Numbered from the whole stretch's first letter, positions 51,671 to 61,894 are shown. The stretch: 61,894 nt of DNA, filler included, from Dimorphilus gyrociliatus (GCA_904063045.1; 5 parts of 5 records of this genome joined end to end with filler, not necessarily neighbours in it); one strand, 5' to 3'. The notes: generated by a model not told the origin, from the sequence alone. Numbers and translations: made by a program.

Positions 51671-51881
51671 GGCGACTTCTATCAATGTCTGGGCAACTTC
51701 TGTCCTGGGCGACTTCTGCCCTGGGCGACTTCTGTCGTATTCGTTTTTAAGCTCTGCAAATACCCTTAATGAGTAAAAAAAACTACTGTGTTTCATGAAC
51801 TTTAGGCCTATCATTCTTCTTACATAAGACTAAGTATTTGTCAGTAAATTGTTTTAGAAAATTACCATAATATTTTTAAAT

Positions 51882-52948
51882 ATGAATAATAGCAATGCTA
51901 CCAAAATTTATTACGAGGACGCTAGAGATTGGTTTTATGGAAGACAATCTGTTGGATCTCTTCTTGTCATTATGGGTATCTTTGGTAATGTTTGCAGTTA
52001 TGCAATATTTGCAAAAAGTTATATGAGTGGAACAACAACATCAATCTATCTTCGAGCTTTGGCTTTGGCAGACACGCTAGTTCTTATTGTTATGTTTACA
52101 TTAAATTTCTTTTATACATTTGAAGGAACATTCTACAGTAATGCGAAGATAGTTTTATATGTGGTTTGCATGAGTAAAAACTACTTTTCCCAGTTTTCAA
52201 AGTAACTTAGCGTATTATTTCTGTGTTCTATCACAGTTGATAGGAGCATTTACATTCTATTGCCGACAAGAGCACAAAGTCTAGTGAATAAAAACAGAAC
52301 TTACCTTATTATTCTAGCTATAACCCTCACTGCAATGGCAGCTAATTCTGTGTTTTATCTAATGTACGACAGAGTCTGGCTGATAAGTAATAAATCAATA
52401 AATGGGCGGGTATGATGTTTTGTGTGGCAAAGAGTAAAGACTGTGATTATTATTGAAAAAAAATCACACCAACATTGGAAATAGTCTTTTCTACCTTTAT
52501 ACCTGGAGTTATCCTTGTTATAACTAACATCCTAATACTAAGAGCTCTTGTCAGTGCAGGAAAAGAGAGACAAAACCTTTCTTCTACCGCAAATTCCAAA
52601 CAATCCGATAAAATGAGAAATTCTTCAATTATCCTAATAATGATTTCCATATATTTTATTATCTCTTCAGCCCCTAGCTCTGCATTGTTTGTCTATGTTA
52701 GATATATTTTAACAACTTCAACAATTGATGATGCACTCTTCCTAAAGAAGGCTGCCCTATTCTGCGAATTGACTGCCAAATCAAATCATGAATTTAATTT
52801 CTACTGTTACTGTTTAAGTGGTAAAAGATTTCGGCAAGAATTTTTCAAGCTATTTAACAAAAACAATCAATTATCCAAAAGTTCAATGGCCGAAACCTCG
52901 TTGACAACAGCCAACACTAGCAAAAGCTTTAAAAGCACTGGAATGTAA
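51882..52948 (+). pseudogene. Neuropeptide-type class A GPCR (FMRFamide/TRH-receptor-like) pseudogene
   Basis: GIFGN, YLRALALADT, ITVDRS and NHEFNFYCYCLSGKRFRQE. In-frame TAA at 52203, a second in-frame TGA near 52413 and a frameshift at the A-run near 52456-52463. Confidence 0.8.
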
Positions 52949-52949
52949 T

Positions 52950-53212
52950 AACAGGTGTTGTACAACTTTGGTTATATTTTACATGCTTGAACTCTATTAT
53001 TTTATGCAACATATACATGTACATCTTAAAACCTACGCAAGAAAATGCTATAACATTGGCCAAACATAAGTCTGATTAGTCAGCTTGAAGGCTCATCTTT
53101 AATTACTAATAAAGGTTTGGTCAAGTTATAATCTAATTAACTTGCCTAGGGTGTGGCATAGTTATAATTCAATTAACCTTCCTAAATGTTGAACCTTGTA
53201 ACATCCTGTTAC
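52950..53212 (+). mobile_element. MITE-like repeat
   Basis: Imperfect inverted ends TAACAGGTGTTGTACAA / TTGTAACATCCTGTTA; second copy at 47873-48066. Confidence 0.5.
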
Positions 53213-53596
53213 TACAGATAAATATGAACTACACATTTTGGCAACTGTAAAGTGATGATTGGATGTCAGAGGCAAATCTCAGAGTAAATAAATCTTCATT
53301 ATTCTCATTCGGCATGCAGCTTCCATCTGGACCCAAGGACCTGGGAAGATCATCTGGAAACAACCTCCCCTGGAACCCTCCATCTACTCCTCCACATTGG
53401 AAGACAGTTTGGTAATTTGGCAACCTGCTATTACGAACTATCTACTCTGCTATTGAACTCTCATATTGTTACTTGCTTAAGTATTATTATTGCAAATAAA
53501 CTGTTTTAATTTAAACATTTGTTTAAAGGTTCGAGTAGAACCAGTATTGTTATAACTTGCAAATGCATAAATTTTGCCAGCAAGAGCAGTTCAAAT

Positions 53597-54030
53597 TTGG
53601 TGCAGTTGGCAGGATATTCTTTTGGTTTATTCAAAAGTTTTGAGAAAGTAAATATGGCAGAAGGAGGAAATGGAAATGCCACTGGGGCAGTTACAGACTC
53701 TAACCCTTCAACCCCAGCAACTCCAACAATTACAATTCAGCCAGCAGAAATGCCAGAAAGGCAACAGAGACTAATTGAAGACTATGATAGATTGGTGAGT
53801 GAAATGAAAAGAAATCGAATCACAATTCCAACAGATCATGGAGATGGAACACATCACCCAGCACAGAACCCAAATGTTGATATCACAACAGTAATTTAAG
53901 CATTAAGGGCTGCTTGGGACCGCCCTCAAAGAACTATTCTCAAGTTGTATGATGGAAGCAAGGAGTGTTCAAAATTCAAGGAAGACTTTAATCAGGCATG
54001 TTATGCTTATGGTTGGATTGGTGAAGATGT
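53597..54030 (+). mobile_element. LTR retrotransposon 5' fragment (PBS-like site plus gag-like start)
   Basis: TGGTG PBS-like motif near 53597; ATG at 53654 (MAEGG...). After an in-frame stop the frame reads LYDGSKECSKFKEDFNQACYAYGW, resembling a gag capsid start. Truncated. Confidence 0.5.
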
Positions 54031-54317
54031 TGTGAAGATACCCATAAAAATATTAGGTTTTTTTAATTTTATTATTTAGAATTATAATATTGGAACCTAC
54101 AAAAATAAAAACACTGTTGAAATATAAACTGGCAGCCATTTTAAAAATGAAGGAACTGAAGGTAACTTTCCCTTTGGAAAGAATTTACTTTGAAGAATTT
54201 TACTTTTTACTTTTGATATTTCTAGCGTTCCATCTGGGCAATTTCTAGTAGCAATTGTTTCAGGTAAAACAATTACAATTACAAGTTTTTACCCAAAAAA
54301 CATGGTGATTAAAAATA

Positions 54318-54930
54318 TTGATCTTCTCAACAGTGACAACAGTAAATCCTCCAACATATTCTGAATTATTATATAACAATGTAGTTGATTCAGTGGTACT
54401 CTCATCAATTCCCAATGATTCAAATTATTTTACAAAATTGGCTGAATGGAACTCAAATGTTCTTATGGCTACTATTTCTTTTGCATATTCAAAATGTTTA
54501 GGAAATGATAAAAATAATCCAAACCAATGGGTATCAACCTCAGCAACCCCTAATGCAGAAAATAACTGCCCTCCTGGTATGATCAAAATAATTTCTTTTC
54601 CTTTTATTTATATTTATTTTGACTCTTTCTTTTACGCAATAAACCCAGGTGGAAATGGTGATCCTCACTTTACACAAAATGTTATTGATATAAAGACAAA
54701 ACAAATTGTTGATATTTGTTATGATATTATTGGAAAAAGTGGTCAACATATATCTATTCTACATCATAATTCAACCAATACAATTGTTAAAGGTGTTCTT
54801 AAAGATGATTATTACATGCAAAAGATCATTATCCAAAGTAAAGTTGGTACAATCATCATTGATGAATCATTTATTTTTGTCAATGAACAAAAGTTTCTTT
54901 GGACTGATTTTAAAGAACTTAAATTTGATT
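54318..54930 (+). CDS. Multi-exon gene with a GDPHF (ITIH C-terminal-like) domain, cut by the telomere
   Basis: 72-nt GT-AG intron at 54577-54648; the next exon reads GGNGDPHF...ICYDIIGKSG and has no stop before the telomeric repeats begin. Confidence 0.6.
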
Positions 54931-55559
54931 TTAGGGTTAGGTTAGGGTTAGGGTTAGGGTTAGGGTTAGGGTTAGGGTTAGGTTAGGGTTAGGTTAAGGG
55001 TTAGGGTTAGGTTAGGGTTAGGGTTAGGTTAGGGTTAGGTTAGGGTTAGGTTAGGGTTAGGGTTAGGTTAGGGTTAGGTTAGGTTAGGGTTAGGGTTAGG
55101 TTAGGGTTAGGTTAGGGTTAGGTTAGGGTTAGGGTTAGGGTTAGGGTTAGGGTTAGGGTTAGGGTTAGGGTTAGGGTTAGGGTTAGGGTTAGGGTTAGGT
55201 TAGGGTTAGGGTTAGGGTTAGGGTTAGGGTTAGGGTTAGGGTTAGGTTAGGGTTAGGTTAGGGTTAGGGTTAGGGTTAGGGTTAGGGTTAGGGTTAGGTT
55301 AGGGTTAGGGTTAGGGTTAGGGTTAGGGTTAGGTTAGGGTTAGGTTAGGGTTAGGGTTAGGGTTAGGGTTAGGGTTAGGGTTAGGTTAGGGTTAGGGTTA
55401 GGGTTAGGTTAGGGTTAGGGTTAGGGTTAGGTTAGGGTTAGGTTAGGGTTAGGGTTAGGGTTAGGGTTAGGGTTAGGGTTAGGGTTAGGGGTTAGGGTTA
55501 GGGTTAGGGTTAGGGTTAGGGTTAGGGTTAGGGTTAGGGTTATAGGGTTAGGGTTAAGG
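54931..55559 (+). repeat. Telomeric array (TTAGGG with interspersed TTAGG)
   Basis: ~630 bp with the G-rich strand running 5'-3' toward the contig end, as expected for a chromosome terminus. Confidence 0.95.
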
Positions 55560-55659
55560 NNNNNNNNNNNNNNNNNNNNNNNNNNNNNNNNNNNNNNNNN
55601 NNNTTAATTAATTAANNNNNNNNNNNNNNNNNNNNNNNNNNNNNNNNNNNNNNNNNNNN
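55560..55659. other. Artificial contig spacer
   Basis: Same N/TTAATTAATTAA/N design. Confidence 0.98.
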
Positions 55660-55916
55660 AAGAAGAAAAATTGTTTATATAATGATAGTTTATTTATTCA
55701 ACCACCTGTTTTTAAAACGGGTGCTAAGCTTACTAGTATTTTATATAAAATTTTAAAAAGACTTGACTTTATCAAATAAATCAATTGTTTATATATAATT
55801 TTATTTAGTAGAAATTAACATTTCTTTAAAAATTTTAAACAAAAAAATTGTTGAGCGAAAGATTTTAATAAGAAATTAAAATAAGTCAATTTTTAAATAT
55901 CAAATGGAGTTTTAAT

Positions 55917-57171
55917 CTATTCAAAGTCTCCAAAAGGACAGGTGTATTTCGAATAAACAATCTTTAAACTAGGAATTTTATCTTTTATAGTATCTCTAGC
56001 TATTTGGTTTATATTTTCATCGTACAAATATAAAGTTTCTAGCTTTTCCAGTTTTTTAATTTCATTTATATCAGCACTTTTGATTCTTATGTCTTCACAT
56101 CTTAAATCTAAAACTTTTAGATTAGTCAGTTTATCTATATTCTTTATATTTTCTACTTTAAATTTACAGCCACTTAAATTAAGAGTATCTAATGATTTAA
56201 AGCTATTAATCGCATTAAAGTCTGGAATAGATAAACTAGGGTTGTAGGAAATATCTAATCTTTCGAGTTTAGTTAAATTTTGAAGATTCGTCAAAGAGTT
56301 AGACATCAATTCACAACCTTTAAGTGCTAATCTTTTAAGTTCTTTTAGATTTCCTATTACCTGTATATCTTTTTGATTCAGATTAGTAATATAACTTAAT
56401 TCTAGTCGTTCTAGATTTTTTAATCCTTGTAGTAAATAAAGACTACCAGTTTTTATTTTTGTGTTATTCAAATACAAAATTTAAGGTTCTTAAAAAGACT
56501 AATTAATCTTAAGTTCATAGCACTTAACTCCATATTTTCCATATTTAATTCATTCAGCATATCATTTTTACACTATTTTCAAATTCATCCCAGTTTATTT
56601 TGCAACCTGGTAAACCCAACTTCTCAACTTTATTATCTAAGCAGAATTGAGAAATAGTACTTTCATGTAAATCTTTAGCATCTTGTAAAACAAGTCCTTT
56701 ATTCCATTTAAAAACTTCACATTATTCAACATTTTACCAATAGAACATTCCCTTAGTTTTAAATAACGTAAACTAGGCGTTTTTAATATATCAATAATAT
56801 TGTCATTATTAATTAAACATCCTCTAGTACTAAAAGCCCAGAATTTTTTTAGATCAGCTATGACATTTAATCTAGATGATCGTAAATCGATGAATCCAGC
56901 TTCATAGATTCCAACCTTTTCATTTTAGATATTGCTAATAAAAACTCAGCACCTAATTTATGTTTAATGGTGCTCTTATGACAATTTTTTGTACTTTAGA
57001 TAAAGCAAATCCTTTTTCTGCTAATTTCTTTTCAAAGTCCTCACCTTTGGAATTTATTCAAAATTTTATTATTGTAGTAAAAACGTAAATATAGAATGAA
57101 CTCTTGTCAATATTCTGCGTAGAGCGTATTAGTTGAAATATAACTGAAGAAAGGTATATCAATTTCATCAT
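55917..57171 (-). pseudogene. LRR protein (same style as 6139-8283), 5' part broken
   Basis: The 3' ORF 55917-56477 has clear LRRs. The upstream ATG at 57171 (MMKLIYLSSVIFQLI, CCC motif upstream) is followed by stops and frameshifts. Confidence 0.7.
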
Positions 57172-58320
57172 TAAAAAGGGTTTTTGAAAATTTAAGATGT
57201 ATAAAATCAAATTGATTTTAAATTACTTATAGATGTATAGTATTATATGCTAATATTTATACTTAGAATGTATATATTTATATAATATTCTATATATTAA
57301 ATTGAATTTTTAAAAAATCTATCTATTAGATAAGATCGAACTCGAAGTCCTTTTTAATCAAAAATTGATTTTTTAAGAAATGTAGAGGATAAGGTAATAA
57401 AATAAAATAAATAGATTTTTTCAAATGCTTTTATTTTGAAAATAACTATAACTATCCCTGAAATTAACAATAGAGAATTGGTTTTAGCGACTTCAGATAA
57501 AAACGAACATATTCTATAATAGACTCGAAGCTTATACAAAACGTGACAATAAAAGTGCTTTAATTGTAGAATATAAAAATTCTTTAGATATTAATTTAGC
57601 ACATGCAAAAGTGAAGTTTCAGTATATAAATGTACTACTCAAAAATTAGAGTAAATGTACTTAATGAGTTTTTTTATTTATGAACTAATTTATATAAATA
57701 AGGAATATCTATTGAGCTTTAAGATTTGTCTATGAATTCAACTAAAATCTATAAAAAATATATTCTTATTAGTACAAATAGATGAAAGTATGCTCTCCAA
57801 AAGAAAATAAAACTTAAGTCGGCTACTTTAGAAAAAATGGGTGATTGGTGGTATTGATATTTATACTAAGAAAATACTTTTTCTATATCAGTTATGAAAA
57901 AACAATGATAAAAAGCATAACTCGAGGCTTCAATTTGGTGATACCATGGTTTATGAATATAAATGGCCTAAATACAATAAATATTTAAGTATTAGAATGT
58001 ATACTAAAATTATAAACTATGACAGAAAATAAATAAATTTATAAACAGATGCAAAACTAACACCAAAAAACACAATATATGAAGAAGTATATTCGACATA
58101 ATTGGTTTTATAAAAATTTTGATTTTGCTGTATTAAATGTATACATAGAAGAAATATTTGTGATGTACAATATGAATAATTTTCAACCAAAAAAACTAAA
58201 ATCAGTTGGAATAAATTAGAATATATACTTATATCCTAATTTTATAGCCTTTCCCTTATAATCACTTAATAATAAAATTGACTTACTTTATTTATTAAAA
58301 AGCAAAAAATAACTTTATTA

Positions 58321-58449
58321 AAATTTCTCTTCTAAGTAAACAAATTTACATATCACTTAATACCACCAAATATATAATTAATATATTAATTTTTTAAAAT
58401 TTCTCTTCTAAGTAAACAAATTTACATATCACTTAATACCACCAAATAT
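58321..58449. repeat. 53-bp direct duplication downstream of RFC1
   Basis: aaatttctcttctaagtaaacaaatttacatatcacttaataccaccaaatat at 58321-58373 and 58397-58449. Confidence 0.9.
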
Positions 58450-58485
58450 GTTATTAAACGCTATTATTTAAAAACTAAAAAAACT

Positions 58486-60051
58486 TTATTCAGGCTTTTC
58501 ATAAACCTGTGCTTTCTTACATGCACTAGTTAAAGCTCTTTTTCTGCCAACATTAACTCTATAATTAATAGAATACACTTCAATAAGACTTTCAACCTCT
58601 GTTTTATATAGATTGTTCCTCCTAAGAAAATCAACAGCATCTTCTATTCTTCCTTCTTTTACATACTCAACAAAATCAATTAATAGATTAGGTATACCAT
58701 AACAAGCAAACAATTGATCATCTACTAGAAATTTCCTACAAATTTGGTTTATAAATTTCAAATTTTTATTTCTTTTGCTTAAATTTCCTAAATAGCTACT
58801 AAACTCAATACGCTTATTTAAATGTTTTTTAGCAGCAGAAATGTTTAATATTCCAATTGCTTGTAGAAGTGAATGTGATTGAGTTTCTAGTCTTTTAGTA
58901 TTTATCGTATCTGATAGACTAATGAGATCTGCTTGTGATTGAAAGTCTTCTAAAGGCCCCAAAGACTTTAAATAGTTCTGTTGTATCATCAAAGGTATGA
59001 ATTCATAGTCTTGAAAGAATAGGTCTAGTTTTGTTGTGATTGGTTTTCTTTGAAAAATTGAGGTTGTTAGTTCAAATAGATTTAAGTTTGTTGTCTTTGA
59101 CGTTGTTTGATTCTTCGTATGTGATTGTAATTGGTTTAAGATGTATCTTATGTCTGCCCCTGATTTAGCTACTACTTCGTAGATAATTCTATCAGGAATG
59201 CTCTCTTCTTCACTTTTTAGTATTTTTTTTATATATGAAATTATCTTTTGCTGTTCAGGTCTTCTAAATTTCAACTCTAAGGAATTACTAGAAAGTGTTT
59301 TGAGTTTTTGACCTACTTCGTTACAAATACAGATGTATTTATTATTTCCTTTTTTTATGAAACTAAGTAGTTCTGAAATACCACCTCTATCTCCTGTCAT
59401 TCCATCAACTTCATCCATAATTATTACCTTTTTAATTAGCTTAAAATTCTTATCTAGAGAATAACACCCATTTGATAATTTTTGTATTTTTGATTTGTTT
59501 CTTGTGTCACTTGCGTTAAACTCAATAAAATCCAGTCCAAGTTCTCTACAAGCAACTTGCGCCATCGTAGTTTTACCAATTCCTGGAGGACCACTCATCA
59601 AAACAGAATTAAAATCTGTATTTCCACTTAAAAATTCTATCAAACTCTTATACAAATTGTGATTACCTAAAATTCCATCTATAGTTTTAGGCCTATACTT
59701 TTCTGCCCAGTTCCCCATATTTTCTACACTTAAAACCAACTTTTCAGTCTTTTTCAGTCTTTTATTATTTACTTCTGAAAATTCATCATCTTCTTTTAAC
59801 TGAATGTCTTTTTCAACAGAACTAAGAATTTGATTAAATTGGTCTTCGTTAAGCACATTTATATTCAAGTCTTTAGCTTTTTTCAGCTTTGAAGGACCAG
59901 GTTCATTTCCTACTACTAAGTATGTAGTCTTACCAGAAGGAGCTGTAGTAACTCTCCCACCTAAACTAATAACTTTCATCTGTGCTAAATGGCGTTCTAT
60001 TGAAAGATCACCAGTGAATACAAATGTTTTACCTTTGAGTGATTTTGACAT
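58486..60051 (-). CDS. RFC1: Replication factor C subunit 1 (compact BRCT + AAA+)
   Basis: BRCT (GKTFVFTG...SGKTTYLVVG...PGPSKLKKA), WAEKYRP, Walker A GPPGIGKT, Walker B IIMDEVDG. The likely start is M18 of the tracked ORF (60051), preceded by a CCC motif. Confidence 0.95.
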   Translation of the reverse strand: MSKSLKGKTFVFTGDLSIERHLAQMKVISLGGRVTTAPSGKTTYLVVGNEPGPSKLKKAKDLNINVLNEDQFNQILSSVEKDIQLKEDDEFSEVNNKRLKKTEKLVLSVENMGNWAEKYRPKTIDGILGNHNLYKSLIEFLSGNTDFNSVLMSGPPGIGKTTMAQVACRELGLDFIEFNASDTRNKSKIQKLSNGCYSLDKNFKLIKKVIIMDEVDGMTGDRGGISELLSFIKKGNNKYICICNEVGQKLKTLSSNSLELKFRRPEQQKIISYIKKILKSEEESIPDRIIYEVVAKSGADIRYILNQLQSHTKNQTTSKTTNLNLFELTTSIFQRKPITTKLDLFFQDYEFIPLMIQQNYLKSLGPLEDFQSQADLISLSDTINTKRLETQSHSLLQAIGILNISAAKKHLNKRIEFSSYLGNLSKRNKNLKFINQICRKFLVDDQLFACYGIPNLLIDFVEYVKEGRIEDAVDFLRRNNLYKTEVESLIEVYSINYRVNVGRKRALTSACKKAQVYEKPE

Positions 60052-60631
60052 AATATTTTTGGGAGTTAATAAAAAAAAATATAAATATGTATGAAGTTTC
60101 AAAAATTGTATATAAATTGTATATAAATATTAAAAATTGTATAAAAATTTTAAAATTGTATATAAATTTTATAAAGATATATAAAGATATATAAAGATAT
60201 AAAAAAAATTCAAAATTGTATATAACTTTATATAAATAAATAAAAGATATTATAAAAATACTAAAATTGTATATAAATAAATAAAAGATATTATAAAAAT
60301 ACTAAAATTGTATATATAGCTATAAAAGATATTATAAATATTTGATAAAAATTTAAAATTGTATAAAAATAAATTTTTATTTTTTCTAGAAAATTCTAAA
60401 ATCTATATAAAAAAAATAATAATTTAACCCCATGCGACGTTAGTACTTTTCAGAATCATTTGTTAAGTTACTAAGCATTCCAAGTTTTTTATGAACTTGT
60501 ACCTTTTCCGACTAGAATGAAGAAAAATTTTATTGTAATTTTTAAAATTGAAAAATATTTTATTTTTGTGATTTTTTACAATTCAATTCTGACTAGTTTT
60601 TAAATTTATAAATTATTTTTACCCCTAAAAA

Positions 60632-61099
60632 ATGTTAAATAACAAAAAAACAACTAATAATCAACAAAAATCAAACATCATTAATATTAATAATATTACT
60701 AATATTAATACTAAAAAACAATCAAATGATATTAATAATACAAATGATATTAATAATACTAATCAATACATAGAAAAAGGTGAATATAAAATAATTCATG
60801 TATTAAACATAAGTCAATCTCTTTCAAAGGTTAAAAAATTAAATAACAATCTAATAAGTAATGATATTCATAAAGTATTAGTAAAAAAACAATCAACAGA
60901 TAAAAATATAATTTTATATTTCATAGAAAAAATTAACTTTGGTTCTGATTCTATTATTAAAATAAATAAAGATTTAAAAATACCATTTGTTAGAGAAAAT
61001 GATTTTGAAGTATTACTTAAAAAAAATTATAAATTGAATAAAGAATATATTAAAATAGTAGAAGATAAGAAAAATAATATAGATAATAACACTATATAA
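60632..61099 (+). CDS. Hypothetical protein with an Asn-rich N-terminus
   Basis: 155-aa ORF with CCCC shortly upstream of the ATG; family not recognised. Confidence 0.55.
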   Translation: MLNNKKTTNNQQKSNIININNITNINTKKQSNDINNTNDINNTNQYIEKGEYKIIHVLNISQSLSKVKKLNNNLISNDIHKVLVKKQSTDKNIILYFIEKINFGSDSIIKINKDLKIPFVRENDFEVLLKKNYKLNKEYIKIVEDKKNNIDNNTI

Positions 61100-61348
61100 A
61101 TAGACTATCTAAAATAAATTCTATTCTAAATTATAACAATTTATATTTATTTTAATATAAATTTATAGAAATATCTAAATATTTAATTTTACGCTAATTT
61201 TGTTCTATTAAAATAAATTGAATAAAAGTTTTTATTGTTATTTTATTTAAACATTCATATTTTATTATATCTCTATTGTAAAAAAATAGATATTATATAG
61301 TAAGTAAAAATAAAATAAAAATTTTTAATTATCCTTAGTTATCTTACT

Positions 61349-61894
61349 TTAAGACAGTTTGACACTTGATTTCTCCTTCTTCTCTCTGCTTTCTTCTTCT
61401 TTCGTAATATCTAGACTTATTTGCTCTGCTTTAAAAATGTCTTCTTCCCCTGATTTGTATTCCATCGAGATGCTCTCTAGGATCTTCTTAATTGTTAAGG
61501 ATTGCATGTAAGCTTCAATGGATTTATTTATTCCTATTTCCTTTAGATAGTATTTATGATGTTTAGTTACTATTCCGTCCCAAGTCATGACCCAAGGTAT
61601 GATTCTTGCTTTCATCTTATGGATCTGCCCTAGATAATTTGCTAATATTTCATACTTTCTTCTTTTCTCTACTTCTACAGTTTTTAACTGGTTTTGGCTC
61701 GTGATTCCTACTTCAATAATTGTAATTTGTTTATTTCTTTTGTCAAAGACTATGATGTCTGGTTTGTTTGCTTATATATTTATATTTGTGTATGCTCTGG
61801 TGTCAACATTGATTGTTACTTTTTGGTTAGATACTGTTTCTTGTACTGAGTACGATCTGATTCTTTTATTTCTGATAATTTGTTACATAGTAGT
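61349..61894 (-). mobile_element. Non-LTR retrotransposon 3' end with a restriction-like endonuclease (RLE) domain, degenerate
   Basis: The frame upstream of the tracked ORF reads VDTR...*ANKPDIIVFDKRNKQITIIEVGIT...EKKRKYE (PD-(D/E)xK) and continues into IIPWVMTWDG; one in-frame stop; cut by the window end. Confidence 0.75.

Larger units (their letters stand above)
49459..51742 (-). mobile_element. Mutator-like (MULE) DNA transposon with TIRs and TSD
   Basis: Perfect 9-bp TSD GTTTTTAAG at 49450-49458 and 51743-51751; ~75-bp TIRs built from AGAAGTCGCCCAG repeats; internal transposase. Confidence 0.9.

Noticed and set aside
51484-51814. Repetitive ORFs (WAGANVP, VRSHPPR, GRVRTYP)
   Set aside because: They are translations of the tandem repeat and TIR in different frames, with no evidence of coding function.
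54931-54986. GLGLGL C-terminal tail of ORF 54318-54986
   Set aside because: It is simply the translation of the telomeric repeat.
60428-60520. CCCC-ATG at 60432 as a small intron-containing gene or ncRNA
   Set aside because: The frame is M-R-R-stop. The only GT-AG candidate is 15 nt with no branch point, and no snRNA or snoRNA motif was recognised.
1-61894. Horizontal transfer of microsporidian genes into an animal chromosome (or the reverse)
   Set aside because: Every switch between the two sequence types coincides with an artificial spacer; no physical junction is visible.

Overview
This window is not one contiguous locus. It is five sequences joined by artificial 100-nt spacers (N-run/TTAATTAATTAA/N-run at 17660-17759, 33312-33411, 47128-47227 and 55560-55659), and it appears to come from two different eukaryotes. 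Segments 1 (1-17659) and 5 (55660-61894) look microsporidian: intron-less AT-rich genes, CCC/GGG motifs just upstream of ATGs, a compact BRCT-AAA+ RFC1, signal-peptide LRR proteins and an RLE-type LINE remnant. Segments 2-4 look like a compact-genome invertebrate animal: mostly short GT-AG introns, cadherin repeats, an LDLa-LRR GPCR, class A GPCRs, a fucolectin domain, BEL/Gypsy/MULE/mariner remnants and a TTAGGG-type telomere. The most notable observations are: (i) an apparently intact 1.84-kb Ginger/TDD-like DNA transposon in the microsporidian segment, with a retroviral-type integrase, ~325-bp TIRs, TGT...ACA ends and a 5-bp TSD; (ii) next to it, an intact Tc1 with ~620-bp TIRs, both elements inserted in one paralogue of an orphan secreted-protein family; (iii) a ~15.5-kb array of five near-identical ~3.08-kb exon-intron cassettes, each encoding six cadherin repeats and splicing in frame to the next; (iv) a telomeric array that begins in the middle of an open coding exon. 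No rRNA, tRNA or CRISPR array was recognised. All calls are from manual reading; no database searches were run.
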